Origin: Octopus vulgaris | Lineage: Eukaryota | DNA length: 64,000 nucleotides | Assembly (NCBI GenBank): GCA_951406725.2 | Contig: OX597842.1 | Coordinates: forward strand, 33,418,001 to 33,482,000 | Direction: 5' to 3' | The notes under the pieces: generated by a model | Told to the model about the DNA's origin: nothing | Seen by the model: the letters and a program-made list of their open reading frames with translations, nothing else | Database searches by the model: none | Shown here: piece by piece, positions 13,968 through 26,724 of the stretch | Layout of the letters: each line of letters opens with the position of its first letter | Position numbering within the stretch: the first letter of the stretch is position 1 | Program-made: the position numbers and the translations under genes

Positions 13968-14118
13968 GGCGTAGATATAGCTGTGTGGCAAGAAGTTTGC
14001 TTCCAAAACACATGGTTCCGGGTTCAGTCCCTCTGCGCGGCACCTTGGGCAGGTGTCTTCTACTATAGCCTTGGGCCGACCCAAAACTTGTGAGTGGATT
14101 TGGCGGACGGAAACTGGA

Positions 14119-14120
<2 letters not shown>
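13968..14120 (+). mobile_element. SINE family A, 5' half
   Basis: Head, B box and CORE-like block, truncated at (TA)n. Confidence 0.85.
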
Positions 14121-14177
<57 letters not shown>

Positions 14178-14180
14178 TAA

Positions 14181-14221
<41 letters not shown>

Positions 14222-14231
14222 ACATATATCT

Positions 14232-14263
<32 letters not shown>

Positions 14264-14279
14264 ACACATATATATATAA

Positions 14280-14325
<46 letters not shown>

Positions 14326-14334
14326 GAATGGTAA

Positions 14335-14617
14335 AGTGTAAAGACCTCCTTCTGTCATGAAGGATCATGGGATTGTTACCCTCCAGGGCCCAAATCCAAC
14401 CGAGGTTGCTTATGGAACACAAGCAGTCACCCTGCATACCAGGCTCCTCTCTCCACGCCACAGATGTTATTCGAGGGAAAGGCAAATGCTGATACAGTTT
14501 GGCCCTAGTGACGTCACAACTCATTTCCAAAGATGATTGAAGTGGAGCAGCCAGGAATCGAACTCACTACCTCATGATTGTGAGCCCGATGTTGCAAACA
14601 CTCAGCCATGCGCCTTC
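14335..14617 (-). mobile_element. tRNA-derived SINE (different family)
   Basis: Minus strand begins GAAGGCGCATGGCTGAGTG (A box) and continues to GAGTTCGATTCC (B box). Confidence 0.7.
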
Positions 14618-15304
14618 GATAGTACTGAAACCACTATTCTATCGATTTAACGAGTTTTAGACTTATATTAACCGCAACACACTTCTACATACAGTTCACT
14701 TATAATTTAGTACTCTTAATACTCAAAATTGGTCCAGGAGATTATCGACCCCTCGGATAACCACACAGATATCCCGGAGGTTAATGCTGAGCAATTTGCT
14801 TACCCTTGAACTACCAAGACCATTCCACACTACGGATATTTTACATCAGAGTAACCTTCACTTAAAGACATGCTTCAGCGCAAACATACATTCATGCATA
14901 CGTATATTTCACAGCGGTGTCCTTGTAAAAAACTTCAATAAAACGCATAACAGACGAGATATTAGAATCGAACACAAGCAAAATAAAAGAAATTATGCAT
15001 AATAATAGAAACCTACGGTATGGTACATGCTAACATTGCAGTGAAAGATAAAAGAAAAACGGTAATATTTCTGTGGAACTAATGAGACAGAAGCAGGTAT
15101 TACACTTGGCGTATAGTTTTAGATTTATATCTGTAATTACAGGGGGCGTTAGTTATACAACAAACGGCCTCGGTAACAATCTTGAAACGCTGGGGGTTCA
15201 TCAAACCAGAAAGAACTCGGTTAATTAGGGAAGTTACAATTAGGAGCCGGTAATAATGGAACTGTGAAAATATGAAAAACATTCCAGAAGTGTTGCATGT
15301 TGCG

Positions 15305-15349
<45 letters not shown>

Positions 15350-15462
15350 ATGTGTGTGTCTGTGTGCATGTGTGTGTGTGTGCATGTGTGTGTCTGTGTG
15401 CATGTGTGTGTGTGTGTGTGTGTGTACGTGGAGAGATATGTAGATACAAGGGCAGAGAGATG

Positions 15463-15532
<70 letters not shown>

Positions 15533-15627
15533 AAGACACACAGACAGACAAACAGATAGATAGATAGATAGAGAGAGAGAGACAGAAATACTTATATTCA
15601 TGCATGCATGCATACAAACAAACTAAT

Positions 15628-15660
<33 letters not shown>

Positions 15661-15892
15661 CATATATATATACGCATATGTGAACACTCAAAAGAAATTT
15701 CCGATCTACTCATACAGACATATACGTATGCATTGCATATATGCATACACATATGCCGACATACACACACATATGCATCTATATATATATATATATATAC
15801 ACTCACACACGTAGACATCTGCGTATACATACATACATACATACATATACATACATATACATACATACATATATATATACATACATGCATAT

Positions 15893-15925
<33 letters not shown>

Positions 15926-15948
15926 TATACATACATACATACATACAT

Positions 15949-15999
<51 letters not shown>

Positions 16000-16385
16000 C
16001 GCATTCATAGATGACGTTGTTACCGAAATTCCATCGGTGGTGCATTGTTTCTTTGTTAAAAACTAAATTCTTTGTTGGAGGAATTCAAATAAAAAGAGAA
16101 AAACAGAGGCAGGATAGCATAACTTCAAACATCCATAGATTTACGTATGCACATTTGCATAAAAACACCCTAATACAAGCACGCACATGTATATATATAT
16201 ATATATATATATGCATGCATACACACGTGCGTGGTTGGCCAATTCAAGTTGTCGAAATTCCAATGAAGGTACATTGTTTTTTGGGTTAAAAACACACACA
16301 CACACACACTCTCTCTCAACTGGTGAGAGATTTCTAACATATACCAAGATATAAACATACACACACACACATATATATATATATG

Positions 16386-16430
<45 letters not shown>

Positions 16431-16433
16431 AAA

Positions 16434-16659
16434 GGCGGCGAGCTGGCAGTATCGTTAGCACGACGGGCGAAATGCTTTGTGGTATTTCGTCCGCCGCTAC
16501 ATTCTGAGTTCAAATTCCTCCGAGGTCGACCTTGCCTTTCATCCTTTCAGGATCGATTAAATAAGTACCAGTTACGCACTGGGGTCGATGTAATCGACTT
16601 AATCCGTTCGTCTGTCTTTGTTTGTCCCCTCTGTGTTTAGCCCCTTGTGGATAGTAAAG

Positions 16660-16664
<5 letters not shown>
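16434..16664 (+). mobile_element. Full-length Nin/Deu-domain SINE
   Basis: GGCGGCGAGCTGGCAG head, GAGTTCAAATTCC B box and central GCCTTTCATCCTTTCAGGATCGATTAAATAAGTACC (Nin-like); copies at 21160, 21564, 40209 and 49336. Confidence 0.85.
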
Positions 16665-16716
<52 letters not shown>

Positions 16717-16734
16717 CGTGTGTGTGTATGTATA

Positions 16735-16892
16735 GGCGCAGGAGTGGCTCTGTGGTAAGTTGCTTACAATCCACATGGTTCCGGGTTCAGTCCCACTGCG
16801 TGGCGCCTAGGGCAAGTGTCTTCGACTATAGCTTCGTGTCGACCAAAGCCTTGTGAGTGGATTTGGCAGACGGAAACTGGAAAAAGCCCGTC

Positions 16893-16895
<3 letters not shown>
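16735..16895 (+). mobile_element. SINE family A, 5' half
   Basis: Family A head and CORE-like block, ending at (TA)n. Confidence 0.85.
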
Positions 16896-16942
<47 letters not shown>

Positions 16943-17880
16943 ATATATGTGTGTATATATATGTGTGTATATATGAATACACATATGTGTGTTTGTATAT
17001 ATATATAATATCGTGTGCAAAATAATTTTTGTAATATTTTATATAATAGTACGATATGACAAACTCAGCAACCAACAATTGCTAAGAGTATGCAGAAACA
17101 ATTGTTGTGATTTGTGATGAAAACTTGTTCGTTCCCGCTTCTTCTTAATACATATATTATATATATCCATATATATATACTTCCTTATTATCGATAATTA
17201 TATATCGAAGCTAACTGATCAGGCATTACATATATAGCAACTAAAATCACTTAACTGTATGTATTTTATATTTACCAGAAAAAAACCCTGACAGTAACTT
17301 CGAAGGTTTGTCTAAGTTACTGAAACAGAAGAATCATTGTGAAAATTTACATTATACACATTTCTGTATATGTGTGTGTTTGAGTGTGTATAACAGACTC
17401 AAAATCGATAAGCAAGTATGAATTCGATATGAAAATGGAAAAAAAAAAAATACAAATCATATCTCCATTATGGTTACCGCCATAACAGCTTCAACAATAA
17501 GATCAGTAACAACAACAGTAATATATAGTAAAAAATGTGTGTGTATGTGTGTGTATATATGTGTATATATGTGTGTGTGTGTGTAAATGCGCGTGTGTGT
17601 GTATAGACAAATGTGTGTGTATACAAATTCGAATGTTGTATTTATATATACATACAGAAATCTATACATAGATATAGACACACATATATCTATACATATA
17701 TATATATCTATACATATATATACATACATATATCTATACATATGTATACACACATATATCTATACATATATATATACACACATATATCTATACATATATA
17801 TACACACATATATGTATACATATATATAATCTATACATATATATATATGTACGTATATATACATATTTATACACACACAC

Positions 17881-17934
<54 letters not shown>

Positions 17935-18118
17935 CTATACATATATATCTATACATATATATATATACATATGAATATACATACATATATAAACATATAT
18001 CTATATATCTATATATATACATATCTATACATATATATCTATACATATATACATATGAATATACATACATATATAAACATATATCTATATATATATATAT
18101 ATATTTACGAACCTATAT

Positions 18119-18163
<45 letters not shown>

Positions 18164-18431
18164 ATATATACATATACATATGTATGTAGGCCTGCATGTA
18201 TGTGCATGTTAGTGTGTGTCTGGAAAGAAATATATATATATCATATAAATAAATATATATGTGTATGTGTTAATATGTGTGTATGTGTGTGTGTGTGTGT
18301 GGTGGAATCGCCAATCCAGCATGTCTTGGAGAAGAATATCCAATCCTGCAATACACCCCACCGCCACCACTACCACCAAACGAAGGTGAAAGGCCATGTG
18401 TTATTCAATGCGATTCTTCCAAAACTTTGGT

Positions 18432-18453
18432 TGACCTTTAAGACAAAAGGTCA
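18432..18453. promoter_or_regulatory. Consensus NurRE (everted NBRE pair, NR4A/HR38 dimer site)
   Basis: TGACCTTT-AAGACA-AAAGGTCA, with extra near half-sites AAAGGCCA (18389) and GAAGGCCA (18461), in apparently non-repetitive DNA. Confidence 0.4.
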
Positions 18454-18634
18454 ATGTGTCGAAGGCCAATGTGCATCGCTGTGCTCCTGTCTATTGTTAT
18501 TATGTGTATATAAGCGCGCGCGTGTGTATATCTATATATATGTGTATATATAAATGTATGTATATAATTTGCATGTCGTGCAAAAGAGAGGTATCCAGTG
18601 CTCGCAAATCCTACACCAATCAATTAATTATATT

Positions 18635-18681
<47 letters not shown>

Positions 18682-19302
18682 TGAAGATGGATATTCATAT
18701 ACGTACACACACACATACATATATACATACATACACAGATTATATATATATATATATATTCATATATATATATATATTCATATATATATATACTCATATA
18801 TATACACATAAACAGATTATAAATATATACATATTCATATCTATATCTATATATATACATACATATATATATATTCATATATATATCTATATATATATAT
18901 TCATATATATAAATATGCCTGTATATATACACATATATATATATACATAAGTACATTATAAATATATATTATACATATTCATATATATATATATACATAT
19001 ACGTTTACACACACACATATACATATATACACACAACCACACATACACACACACACATTTAATTCAATTGCTGATTATAAACATTAGTCAGTGGACTTGG
19101 TGGGGATTCGCCTTCAAGAATTCTTTGCTTAAGAAATCGACCCCAGTGGTAATTAATGTTTTTTCAACCTGGCGCTCATTCTATCGATACCTTTTGCTGA
19201 ACCGCTAATTTTACGGAGGACGCAAACACTCTAACGCCGGCTGTTGAGCATTACCCCTAATACCTAAAACAAGTTAATACCAAATAATATGCATCCATGA
19301 GA

Positions 19303-19892
19303 TATGGTGGTGTAAATTTTCTGGCTTTAAGGATATCGCGAAGGGTCTGGTTTGAGGCCCAACCTTCAGAGTTCTTTTAGAGGGCTTAGAAAATCTGAAG
19401 GTCCATGCAATAAGTGGGGGATATGAAGGGGGAATATACTCTTTTACTTGTTTCAGTCATTTCACTGCGGCCATGCTGGAGCACCGCCTTTAGTCGAGCA
19501 ACTCGACCCCGGGACTTATTCTTTTGTAAGTCCAGTACTTATTCTATCGGTCTCTTTTTGCCGAACCGCTAAGTGACGGGAACGTAAACACACCAGCATC
19601 GGTTGTCAAGCAATGCTAGTGGGACAAACACACACACATACATATATATATATATATGTATATATATATATTTTTATATATATATATATACATATATATA
19701 CGACAGGCTTCTTTCAGTTTCCGTCTACCAAATCCACTCACAAGGCATTGGTCGGCCGGATCTATAGCAGAAGACACTTGCCCAAGATGCCACGCAGTGG
19801 GACTGAACCCGGAACCGTGTGGTTGGTTAGCAAAAATAAAATCATTATTCATTGACCCTCCTCTATTCATTTTACTCAAAGCATCCCCTCAT
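19303..19892 (+). mobile_element. Mariner-derived MITE split by a SINE insertion
   Basis: The left part (to 19437, ending GGGGAATAT) and right part (from 19832, AATAAAATCAT...CAAAGC) join to match the copies at 19934 and 20449. Confidence 0.7.
19438..19831 (-). mobile_element. SINE family A, 5'-truncated, nested in a MITE
   Basis: Reverse complement of family A lacking about 30 nt of the head. Confidence 0.9.
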
Positions 19893-19933
19893 GTCCGTAT
19901 AAATATATATACATATATTTATACACACATACA

Positions 19934-20152
19934 TACATGGGGGTGATGATACGCTCTTGGTTTTAAGGGTACCATGATAGGCCTGGCTGGAGGCCCGACC
20001 TTCCGGGTTCTTTTACAAGGCTTAGAAAAACTGAAGGACCCCTGCCATAAATGTGTGAATCTGAGAGGGGAATATGTTGAATAAAATCATAATTAACTGA
20101 TACTCCTGTATTTTCTCTCAGCCAAAGCCAGGAACTTTTCAGCGCCCACTTC

Positions 20153-20156
<4 letters not shown>
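19934..20156 (+). mobile_element. Mariner-derived MITE
   Basis: Right TIR-like AAAGCCAGGAACTTTTCAGC and a decayed left TIR. Retains a transposase-like C-terminus, WLEARPSGFF/LQGLEKLKDPCHKCVNLRGEYVE*, with one frameshift. Confidence 0.85.
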
Positions 20157-20205
<49 letters not shown>

Positions 20206-20338
20206 GAGTGCATATATGTATGTGAGAGAGAGTGAATGTGTTATAAATTGGAACAAACAGGAAAAGGTTGTTATAATACTCGGTGTTTAGAATGCCAGAG
20301 CGTTGAGCTACGATGCATTCTCGTCGGCTATTAATGGC

Positions 20339-20432
<94 letters not shown>

Positions 20433-20448
20433 CTCGCACGCACGCACA

Positions 20449-20667
20449 CACGGGGGTGCTTAAAATTCCTGGCTTTAAGAGTATCGCGAAAAACCTTTTT
20501 GGAGGCCCAACCTCCTGAGGTCTTTTACAGGGCTTTGAAAAACTGAAGGACCCCTGCAATAAGTGAGTGAATCTGAGAGGGGAATGTGTTAAATGAAATC
20601 ATAATTAACTGAACCTCCTCTATCTTCTTTTACCCAAAGCCAGGAACTTTTCAGCGCCCACTTCCAC

Positions 20668-20670
<3 letters not shown>
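20449..20670 (+). mobile_element. Mariner-derived MITE
   Basis: TIRs GGGTGCTTAAAATTCCTGGCTTT and AAAGCCAGGAACTTTTCAGCGCCC; same internal transposase remnant. Confidence 0.85.
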
Positions 20671-20698
<28 letters not shown>

Positions 20699-20928
20699 CA
20701 CACGTACGTCGTACTGCGTACGTAGGTTCGTACATAATTGGATATACGGACGTATGTGTGGTTGTATGAGTTACCGATGCGGCCGAACTAAAGTTTGTTG
20801 GTTTCCAGGAACCATCAATGCGAAGACGCCGTAGAAACGGACACACAGTCACAGAGAATTTATAGGAATGTCAATGCTCTGTTGAAATTTGCGAATCTCA
20901 GTTGTGTTCGCGTTAGACTTGGAGGTGT

Positions 20929-20990
<62 letters not shown>

Positions 20991-20995
<5 letters not shown>

Positions 20996-21024
20996 CGTGA
21001 ATACGTGTGTCTATATGTGCATTT

Positions 21025-21070
<46 letters not shown>

Positions 21071-21105
21071 TCACACAGAATTGTGCATGCGTGACTATAC
21101 AATAC

Positions 21106-21136
<31 letters not shown>

Positions 21137-21356
21137 CATACATACATACATACATACGTATATTTCTTTATTGCCCACAAGGGGTTAAACACAGAGGGGA
21201 CAAACAAGGGCAGGCAAAGGGATTAAGTCGATCACATCGACCTCAGTGCGAAACTGGTACTTTATTTATCGACCTCGAAAGGATGAAAGGCAAAGTCGAC
21301 CTCGACGGAATTTGAACTCAGAACGTAACGACAGACGAAATACCGCTAAGCATATA

Positions 21357-21397
<41 letters not shown>

Positions 21398-21426
21398 CGT
21401 GAATACGTGTGTCTATATGTGCATTT

Positions 21427-21470
<44 letters not shown>

Positions 21471-21760
21471 TCACACAGAATTGTGCATGCGTGACTATAC
21501 AATACTCACATACATACATACATACATACATACATACATACATACATACATACATACATACGTATATTTCTTTATTGCCCACAAGGGGTTAAACACAGAG
21601 GGGACAAACAAGGGCAGGCAAAGGGATTAAGTCGATCACATCGACCTCAGTGCGAAACTGGTACTTTATTTATCGACCTCGAAAGGATGAAAGGCAAAGT
21701 CGACCTCGACGGAATTTGAACTCAGAACGTAACGACAGACGAAATACCGCTAAGCATATA

Positions 21761-21805
<45 letters not shown>
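20991..21805. repeat. Near-perfect tandem duplication (about 404-bp unit), each copy with a truncated minus-strand Nin SINE
   Basis: Landmarks GGGGTTAAAC (21181/21585) and GCTAAG (21345/21749) are offset by 404 bp; SINE pieces at about 21160-21352 and 21564-21756. Confidence 0.9.
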
Positions 21806-21806
<1 letters not shown>

Positions 21807-21808
<2 letters not shown>

Positions 21809-22221
21809 TTCTCTTTTACTCTTTCTCTTTTACTTGTTTCAGTCATTTGACCGCGGCCATGCTGGAGCACCGCCTTTAATCGAGCAACTCGACCCCGGGA
21901 CTTATTCTTTGTAAGCCTAGTACTTATTCTATCGGTCTCTTTTGCCGAACCGCTAAGTGACGGGGACGTAAACACACCAGCATCGGTTGTCAAGCAATGC
22001 TAGGGGGACAAACACAGACACACAAACACTCACATATATATATATATATACATATATACGACAGGCTTCTTTCAGTTTCCGTCTACCAAATCCACTCACA
22101 AGGCATTGGTCGGCCCGGGGCTATAGCAGAAGACACTTGCCCAAGATGCCACGCAGTGGGACTGAACCCGGAACCATGTGGTTGGTTAGCAAGCTACTTA
22201 CCACACAGCCACTCCTGCGCC
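21807..22221 (-). mobile_element. Full-length SINE family A
   Basis: Complete reverse complement from the tail to the GGCGCAGGAG head. Confidence 0.9.
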
Positions 22222-22474
22222 TATATATATATATATTTATATATATACCCATACGTACAGGCTAATAAAGATACACATATAGTTATAATGAAAGAGATAA
22301 TGAACATTATTCTCTCTCTTTCTCTCTCTCTCTCTCTTTCTCTCTCTGCTTTTAATGTACCAAAATCGAAACCCATTAATTACTATTTTAATTGCTCTTG
22401 TCAGCGATGACACTTACCGTCATCCTCAACATCATCATCATCGTCATCATCATCATTATCATATTTAACGGTGT

Positions 22475-22920
22475 TGTTTAGCCCATGGTCAGTCCTGATC
22501 CAGTAGACAGACCTATGATCAAAGATGTTCCAGCTGTGACCATCACATCTTTTATTCAGTCATAGTCTATCTAGGACTACATTATCTAATGTACAGTATA
22601 GTAGTTAGTATTAGTGGCTATAGTTGCTGTTTTTTAGCCCCAGGTCAGTCCTGATCCAGACAGACCTATGATTAAGGATGTTCCAGCCGTGACCATCCCA
22701 TCTTTCATTCAGGCATAGTGCATCTAGGACTACATTATCTAATGTATAGTATAGTAGTTAGTATTAGTGACCCTAATCGGTGTTTAGTCCTAGGTCGGCC
22801 CTGATCAAGACAGACCTATGATCAAAGATGTTCCAGCTGTGACTATCCCATCTTTTATTCAGGCATAGTGTATCTAGGACTACATTATCTAACGTATAGT
22901 ATAGTAGTTAGTATTAGTGG
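22475..22920. repeat. Three tandem units of about 150 bp
   Basis: TTTAGCCCCAGGTCAGTCCTGATCC...GGACTACATTATCTAATG-like units at 22477, 22633 and 22783. Confidence 0.9.
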
Positions 22921-23062
22921 TTACGGTCGATGTTGCTTTTGTTGATGTTGTTGTAGATCTGGCGCGTTGTTGAATTGAAATATAAAGCGATTTTTGACAC
23001 ATACACACGTTTTCGCCACATACGCATATACATACATTGATATATAACCACAGGCAAGCTCG

Positions 23063-23109
<47 letters not shown>

Positions 23110-23197
23110 ATAAGGCCCTGCTTTCAACTCACGCAAACGGAAGCTCCCGTACCCCTACGCATCCCAACACATATCCTCTCCCTCCACACGCACACAC

Positions 23198-23250
<53 letters not shown>

Positions 23251-23298
23251 AACACGCGTATGTATATACATATAGATATACATACATATAATACGTAA

Positions 23299-23330
<32 letters not shown>

Positions 23331-23613
23331 ATATATGCATACGTACATAAATACGTATATACATACATATACATATTAAATACATACACACACACACACA
23401 CACATATATATGTATACATACATACACGTATATACATATAGGTACCTATACATACATATATATACATATACATAAATGCACACACATACACATATATACA
23501 CATATGCCCTCCTACAATGTTTTTATTTGCCTCCCACTCTTCCACATGGTCTTACGTCCAACACACACACACACACACACACCAATACCGCATCCCTACT
23601 CCTAAACATCAAC

Positions 23614-23644
<31 letters not shown>

Positions 23645-24109
23645 AACCCCTTCAAAAATACACGCATATCCCCACACAGACTCGCTTACCCTAACCCCTT
23701 AACCGTCACCCATTCACACATAGGTCCCTACCTTCACACACTCACACACACACTCACACACACACACGTCCCCTAACATCAGTCACTCTACGTAATCTGC
23801 CGACCTATTCAGTATGGCATCTACAGCTCCCTTTACTGACTCCCTACTTTGTTTAAAAACAGGGACCACATTAATAGGTGAGTAGTAAGTGGGGAGGGGG
23901 CAGCTATGTAAAACTTTCTATTGGCCTGTTCAAGACAACAGCGAAAGCTCTCCTTTTTTTTTCTTTTTTTTTCTTCAAAAATTCCCCTCTCTTATTTCAA
24001 ATAAGGATCACATGAAATTTTGAAAGGGCTTCTATGTAACCTATGTAACCCCTTCACGTGCTACTCAAAAAATGTCCCCCATCACAAAAAGAAAGAGATT
24101 TCTACTGTT

Positions 24110-25530
24110 TTCAAAATAGGGACCACGGGAATGAATGAGGGAGAAACAGCAAAGTTATCTCTCGGCCCCACTCAAAGCTCTTGTCAAATTACTTCCCTCA
24201 AAGCCTCTATTCTCTTAGGGATCCGATCAGCCAATAAGGGAGCCAGCCATGTTATGTTATCACTTAACCTTACACAAGGTTCCTGTCAAAATTTTTTCCT
24301 TAAAACATCTGTACTTTTAGGGACAGCTGTATTATCCTCTGACCCTAAGCATACTCCTGACAAGTTTTTCCCTTGAAGACCGCTGTATTCTTAGGGACCC
24401 ACGTTAACAAATGAGGGAGCTATGAATGTTATCATTTGACCCCTACACAAGTCCCCTGTAAGCCTTCTCCCATTAAAATCTTCTGTACTCTTAAGGACAG
24501 CTGTGTTATTCTCTGACCCTACTCAAACTCCTGATAAATTACTCACCTTAAAACATATGTATTCTTAGGGTCTACGAGGGAGCTATGAATATTATTACTT
24601 GACCCCTTCACTAAGCTCCTGTAAAAGTCCTCTCCTTAAGACGTCTGTATTCGTAAGAACAGCTCTCTTACCCTCTGACCCTACTTAAAGCTCCTGGTAA
24701 TTTTCTCCCCTTAATATCGTTCTACTCTTTAGTAGCCATCTCAACCTATGAGGGGTCTTTGTGTTCTCCCTTGATCCGTATGCAAGTCTCCTGCGAATAT
24801 TTTCCCTTTAAAACCTCTATATTCTTAGGGGCCGCATCAACCAATGAGGCGGCTGTGAGCTTTCACTTGACGCCCACTAAAGTCTCTTGCCAACTTTTCC
24901 CCTTGAAATCCTTTACTGGGGCAAACTGTGAGAATTATGTCAACATCTGACTCTATATAAGGCCCCTGTCAAACAGCTCCCTAAAAAACTTCCGTACTCT
25001 TACAGGATTGCGAGAATGAATAAGAAAAGAGATGGCAGGAACCAAACGTTAAATATATCCAGGGTATCATGAACACAGTCGCACCCTCTAAGCAACAGGA
25101 TTGAGAGACAAGCTGTCCCTAATATATGTAAGCCGGAGCAATCTCACACAGACAGTGCAAGATATGAAATACCTATCCACTTAAGATCCCTTAATTTTTT
25201 TCCATTCAAATATTCTCTATTTAGGGACCACGTGAACGTATGAAACCATTATGTTATAACTTAACCAAAATCAAGACACCTGCCAAGTTTCTGCTCTTAA
25301 ACCCTCTATTATTTTAAGGGCCAGGTTAACCAGTGAGGGAGATGAACTATGTTAGTTATCCCTTGACCCCTTCTCAAGACTCATGTAAAATTTCTCCCTT
25401 CAAATCTTCCAGGTAAACTAATGAGAGACCTATATATCGTATTACCTGACCGCATTCAAGGCTCCTGGCAAATTTCTCCCTTAAAATATGCACTCAATAC
25501 TGTTGTAGAGTAGAGACCATGGGAACGAGT
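24110..25530. repeat. Degenerate satellite with alternating long (about 100 bp) and short (about 74 bp) monomers
   Basis: Recurring TTAGGGAC...TTATC..TTGACCC...CTCCTG...CCTTAA at about 24215, 24317, 24391, 24491, 24565, 24652, 24729, 24825, 25221 and 25315. Confidence 0.75.
25005..25170 (+). repeat. Dispersed repeat of about 160 bp interrupting the satellite
   Basis: AATATATCCAGGGTA...GCAACAGGATTGA.AGACAAGCTGT.CCTAA.ATATGTAAGCCG is shared with 28655-28812. Confidence 0.75.
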
Positions 25531-25569
25531 GAGAGAGATTGACCTTCTTCAATATAACAGTCAAATCTG

Positions 25570-26015
25570 TTGTTTAGCCCCAGGTCAGTCCTGATCCAGA
25601 CAGACCTATGATCAAAGCTGTTCCAGCTGTGACCATCCCCTCTTTTATTCAGGCATAGTGCATCTAGGACTACATTATCCAATGTATAGCATAGTAGTTA
25701 GTATTAGTGGCTATAGTTTTAGTTGTTTAACCCCAGGTCAGGCCTGATCCAGGCAGACCTATGATCAAAGATGTCCCAGCTGTGACCATCCCATCTTTTA
25801 TTCAGACATAGTGCATCTAGGACTACATTATCTAATGTATATTATAGTAGTTAGTATCAGTGGCTACAGATGTTCTTGTTATTTTTTAGCCCCAGGTCAG
25901 TCGTGATCCAGATAGACCTATGATCAAAGATGTTCCAGCTGTAACCATCCCGTCTCTTATTCAGGCATAGTGTATCTAGGACTACATTATCTAATGTATA
26001 GTAGAGTAGTTATAT
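25570..26015. repeat. Second trio of the 150-bp unit seen at 22475-22920
   Basis: Units start at about 25573, 25726 and 25885, in the same orientation. Confidence 0.9.
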
Positions 26016-26044
26016 AATAGTTGTTTAGCACCACATTCCTAATC

Positions 26045-26545
26045 TTCTTCGCTGATAATGTTTAATAAGACAGGAACTTGACATTACTTTCCATTTGGCA
26101 CTAAAGACAAAATCCACCTTAATAAATTTAGTTATAGTAGCATTCTTAGAGGTGTGAAATATACTTCGCTGATAAGGACTAATAAAACAGGAACTAGTCG
26201 TTTTAAACATTTGACATTAAAATGCACGTCAACTTCAAAATATTTCCGAGCATTTTAACAAAGACCATATGAAGGTAACGAAGGACCCGGCCACGAGCTC
26301 GTTCTAAGGCACGCCAAACGACGAGGGTACACTTCGCTGATAAGGCTTAATAATGCAGGAACTTGTTGATCTAACCATTAACGGCAATAGCAATACCAAC
26401 TTTAAAATCACTCCAGTCTTTGAAACAAGGATCACATCAAGTAATGAGAGACTTAGCTACGAGCTCAGTCATAATCATAGAAAACATACTTCTCTAACAA
26501 GGTCTAATAAGACAGAAACATACCGGTCTCATTTGGCTCTGGAAA
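26045..26545 (+). repeat. Decayed tandem array (4 units, 117-168 bp) with a hammerhead-like conserved block
   Basis: CTTCGCTGATAAGG.CTAATAAGACAGGAACT-like block at 26047, 26164, 26332 and 26489. Confidence 0.6.
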
Positions 26546-26724
26546 GTAAAGCAACGACTTCCTTGAAAACCTAACTGCACACACACCTCTCATATTTACA
26601 TAAGCAGCTTTTATTATTTGTAAGTTATTCCGTTTTTTTATATTAAAAGAAAAATCAGAGGGAGATTTTCTCTTCTAATTACGTAGATAATATGAGCTAA
26701 TCAAAGTTCTACAATGTTTTAAAT

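Noticed and set aside
26045-26545. CRISPR-like conserved blocks with spacers
   Set aside because: The spacers are long, variable and related to each other, the context is eukaryotic and there are no cas genes; it is a decayed tandem repeat.
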